From Thermoproteota archaeon (lineage in GTDB: Archaea > Thermoproteota > EX4484-205 > JAAOZO01), in contig JBGOYZ010000004.1 of NCBI GenBank assembly GCA_041479945.1, positions 1-49,482 on the forward strand: 49,482 bases of DNA, written 5' to 3'. The translations under genes and the position numbers were made by a program. This document shows, in pieces, positions 46,571 through 49,482 of the stretch. The stretch's first letter is position 1. Every line of letters starts with the position of its first letter. The notes beneath the pieces are model-generated. The model saw only the letters and a list, made by a program, of their open reading frames with translations. It searched no databases and was not told the origin of the DNA.

Positions 46571-48238
46571 ATGAGTCCAGACACATGGTTGAGCGATATG
46601 AGCAAGTGCACGCCGGAATCAGCTCTCTCACCCAAGAGGAGAAAACATCACTGGCAACTCATAGAGTATGAGGCCGAGGAAGTAAGTGGCACGATGCTTT
46701 CAGCCGGGCCGGAAACCGAGGCGCCGGATGTGATCTATCCCCTGCACCTCCAAGGCTGGCATAGTGTGTACGTTGGAATTTGGGGCATGTCTTTGGCAGC
46801 CGGAGTGGAGAACATGATTGAGGTACGCTTGACGGATGACCCGTGCTTCACGACCTTCACGCGAGAGAAGCCAAACCTGTTTACTCTGGAAGAAGGCTTC
46901 TGGAAGCACATGGATCTAACCGGCCAAGATCTGGTGATTCGACATCATCGGTCGGGCTTCCCCACAACAGCGTCGCTAGCCTACGTCAGGTTGACTCCAC
47001 TAACTGATAACGAGGTCAAGCGAATCCAAGAGGACCGACAGAATGAGGAGTCGAAGAAGCTGATCGCAGCAAATGACGGGGACTCCGATCTCTATATGAA
47101 GCGTCCGATCACAAGGGAGGGCCTACTGGCGAGGATAGAGCCCTACAGGAATACGGACTTCAAGAAAATCTTCTGGGAGATCGGCTATGGGAGCAATGCG
47201 CTCTACCGCAGCATCCACGGCAAGATGCTGGGCGAAGGGATCGAGGATTTTCCGCGCGTTGGGGATCGATACACAGCCGAGAGCATCCACATCCTGACGA
47301 CCGAGGGTATAGATCCACTCAGGACAGTGATGGAACACGCCCACAGCATGGGCTTGGAGTTTCACGTCAGCCAACGGATCGAGCAATTCTGCACACCACC
47401 CCCTTGGGAAGAGCTCTACTCAACGGACTTCTATCACAAGCACCCCGAGTTGCGATTGGTGGACAGAGATGGAACAGAAGTTGCAGGATTGAGCTATGCC
47501 TATCCTGAAGTAAGGGACTTCTATGTTTCGGCCTTGAAGGATGCCGCAAGTTGCGGGGCTGATGGGGCTGCCGTCATCTATGCTCGGGCTCCACCGTTCA
47601 TCCTGTACGAGAAACCTCTGATAGACGGCTTCGAAGTCGAATACGGGATGAACCCCAGGGCGCTCGACGAGAACGACGAGCGGTGGTTAATGTACAGGGC
47701 GACCTTCGTGACACAGTTCATGCGAGAGGTGAGACAAGCGATGGGCGCGGTAGGCAAGAAGCTGGGGAGAAGGCTTGAGACTTCAGCCATAACGTTGGCA
47801 AGCCGTAAGATCAACCTGTTCTATGGACTGGATGTAGAGGCATGGGTGAAAGAAGGTTTGATCGACAACCTGATCCCGTATCCTTCCAACGACGGGCATT
47901 CTTTTGATGAGACCGACATGCACTACTATGCCAGCGTGACTAAGGGTACGAAGTGCAAGCTATTTCCCAATCTGATGCCGCGACGAATACCTCCGGGTGA
48001 GTTTCGAAAGAGGGCACTGGCCTATTATGACGCTGGTGCCGACGGGCTCTTCTTCTGGGACACAAACTTCCGTCATGACACGACATCCATGTGGGCTACC
48101 ATCAGGCGGTTAGGTCACGTCAACGAGCTCAAGGCATTGGCCGCAAGCGGGAAGCATGAAGAGGAACCTCGAACGATGAAGCTGCTGAAACTGGGCGGCT
48201 ATGCGATGACAGGCTACTCCCCCTATCGGGGAACATAG
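46571..48238 (+). CDS. Glycoside hydrolase-like protein (GHL10-like); start uncertain
   Basis: DPL......AH..GLEFH, FY..HPE, LSYAYPEVR, D.E.WV.EGLID and GADG..FWD motifs. Confidence 0.65.
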   Translation: MSPDTWLSDMSKCTPESALSPKRRKHHWQLIEYEAEEVSGTMLSAGPETEAPDVIYPLHLQGWHSVYVGIWGMSLAAGVENMIEVRLTDDPCFTTFTREKPNLFTLEEGFWKHMDLTGQDLVIRHHRSGFPTTASLAYVRLTPLTDNEVKRIQEDRQNEESKKLIAANDGDSDLYMKRPITREGLLARIEPYRNTDFKKIFWEIGYGSNALYRSIHGKMLGEGIEDFPRVGDRYTAESIHILTTEGIDPLRTVMEHAHSMGLEFHVSQRIEQFCTPPPWEELYSTDFYHKHPELRLVDRDGTEVAGLSYAYPEVRDFYVSALKDAASCGADGAAVIYARAPPFILYEKPLIDGFEVEYGMNPRALDENDERWLMYRATFVTQFMREVRQAMGAVGKKLGRRLETSAITLASRKINLFYGLDVEAWVKEGLIDNLIPYPSNDGHSFDETDMHYYASVTKGTKCKLFPNLMPRRIPPGEFRKRALAYYDAGADGLFFWDTNFRHDTTSMWATIRRLGHVNELKALAASGKHEEEPRTMKLLKLGGYAMTGYSPYRGT

Positions 48239-48338
48239 CAGCTTCCTCTGTCCTGCAACTGGACTGAGTCGGTTCGAACCCGCGCCTCTCCATATAACGA
48301 GGGGAGGTGATAAGCGAGGATGAACGAGAGATGATGGA

Positions 48339-49304
48339 TTGTTCCTGTCCGACGAAGCTCGCGAACTCTACAGTAGATTCGAGCTGAGTCCAGAGAGAAC
48401 TGCAGTGATCGTCGGGAGCTTGTTCGGCGATGCTTCGCTACTCGTGAGCGACAAGGACCGCACACCCAACTTCTACGAGAATCATTCTATGCAACAGCTC
48501 GAATACCTGAAGTGGAAGGCTTCGATGCTCGGCGTGCCAGACAGAGTCAAGTTCAGGTTGATGACACACGGATACTCCAAGGGGAAGACGGTGCCATACC
48601 TCGAGGTAAGAGATCACGCCTTCACGGATTTCGAAGAGATGTTCTACGTCAAGGGAACAGACGGAAGGAGGAAGAAGGTAGTAGTAGAAGAGGCACTGGA
48701 ACTTCTTGTCGGGTCAGCGCTTGCCCTAGCAGTCTTTCATATGGATGACGGAGAATACAATGTGTTCTCCAATCAGGTCATTCTCAGTAGCTGCGATTTC
48801 ACCCTAGAAGAGAACAAGATGATGGCAGCTCGACTAAGTTCACTTCTCGGAGCCCCAGTGAGGGTGAAGATGAAGAGAATGAAATATCCGAGGCTCGCAC
48901 TCTCAGGAAAAGCCACTGATAGATGCATCGCCATCGCAAAACCCTACGTTCACCCAACAATGCAATACAAGATCGATCAGAGCATTGCTCATCACCTTGA
49001 TCCACATCTGGTCAACACGTTCGTTGAGAGTTATGGCAAGAAACCGGCTAGACTAGTAGCAGCCGAGGCTGGAGTGACCTTCAAGGAGGCGCAGGTGATC
49101 GCGCACAGGCTGGGATTGAGTCAACATCGAGAGTATGTGCGCCATCGCGACCGCCCCTTCACGGAGGGGGAGAAACAGTACTTGATGAGTAACTACCTCA
49201 AGATACCTACGATTCAAATCGCAGCAAGACTTCACACGAGCCCTGGAAGCCTTCGCCAACTTGTGTACAAGCTACGCCGCAGGGAATTGAACGTGACGCG
49301 ATGA
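48339..49304 (+). CDS. Free-standing LAGLIDADG homing endonuclease-like protein with C-terminal HTH-like repeats
   Basis: IVGSLFGDASL, HS..Q.EY..WK, LAVFHMDDG and P.MQYK motifs; C-terminal FT..E...L..NY......IA..L..S... Confidence 0.8.
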   Translation: MFLSDEARELYSRFELSPERTAVIVGSLFGDASLLVSDKDRTPNFYENHSMQQLEYLKWKASMLGVPDRVKFRLMTHGYSKGKTVPYLEVRDHAFTDFEEMFYVKGTDGRRKKVVVEEALELLVGSALALAVFHMDDGEYNVFSNQVILSSCDFTLEENKMMAARLSSLLGAPVRVKMKRMKYPRLALSGKATDRCIAIAKPYVHPTMQYKIDQSIAHHLDPHLVNTFVESYGKKPARLVAAEAGVTFKEAQVIAHRLGLSQHREYVRHRDRPFTEGEKQYLMSNYLKIPTIQIAARLHTSPGSLRQLVYKLRRRELNVTR

Positions 49305-49350
49305 ATCCAGAGAATCGGAGTCCTTTTGGTATAATTCCCTCAGAAATTGA

Positions 49351-49482
49351 CTACCGGAGCGGGACATACATCGAGCTTCTGCTCGCGCCGACTCCAGGTT
49401 TCCCGTGCTGGACCTTCTTGTTCGTTATCGCGAACTCGCCCAGGAAATGGCCTATCATCTCGACGGTGATGTCGGCAGCCAC
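49351..49482 (-). CDS. rps19: 30S ribosomal protein S19, 3' part (truncated by the window edge; absent from the ORF track)
   Basis: Manual translation [43 protein letters not shown]. Confidence 0.93.
   Translation of the reverse strand: MAADITVEMIGHFLGEFAITNKKVQHGKPGVGASRSSMYVPLR

Noticed and set aside
186-49259. Many alternative-frame and antisense ORFs in the track (e.g. 6355-7185, 15040-15954, 30780-31703, 34142-34909)
   Set aside because: They overlap well-identified conserved genes and lack recognisable motifs, as expected for shadow ORFs in GC-rich DNA.
48339-49304. Intein or group I/rRNA intron hosting the endonuclease
   Set aside because: No Cys/Ser start or His-Asn end, no flanking extein and no interrupted RNA gene recognisable on either side.
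1-49482. CRISPR arrays, rRNA genes, IS elements or integrases
   Set aside because: No regularly spaced repeats, rRNA signatures or transposase/integrase motifs were seen by eye.

Overview
Archaeal chromosome segment (TACK-like gene content; lineage is inference). About 36 kb is the conserved translation/transcription supercluster, mostly on the minus strand: S10 remnant and spc ribosomal protein genes, secY, adk, cmk, cbf5, alpha-operon genes, mevalonate genes, gltX, aIF5B, aIF2-gamma, KEOPS genes and a methanogen-type SerRS. A ~13 kb block (purA/purB, transporters, glycoside-hydrolase-like genes, a free-standing LAGLIDADG endonuclease) separates rps19 from rpl22. The main result is a set of tiny bulge-helix-bulge (BHB, tRNA-type) introns in protein-coding genes. 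Besides the known cbf5 site (16 nt), aIF5B/IF2 (17 nt, inside GHVDHGKT) and purA (21 nt, inside GDEGKGK) are each interrupted by a self-folding micro-intron whose BHB-predicted removal exactly restores the conserved P-loop. A tRNA-Ser(GGA) with three introns (11, 11 and 16 nt) shares this architecture. Other oddities are an inverted rps11, hsp20 inside the spc operon and a G9 frameshift in a glycine-zipper gene. All calls come from manual motif recognition; no database searches were run.
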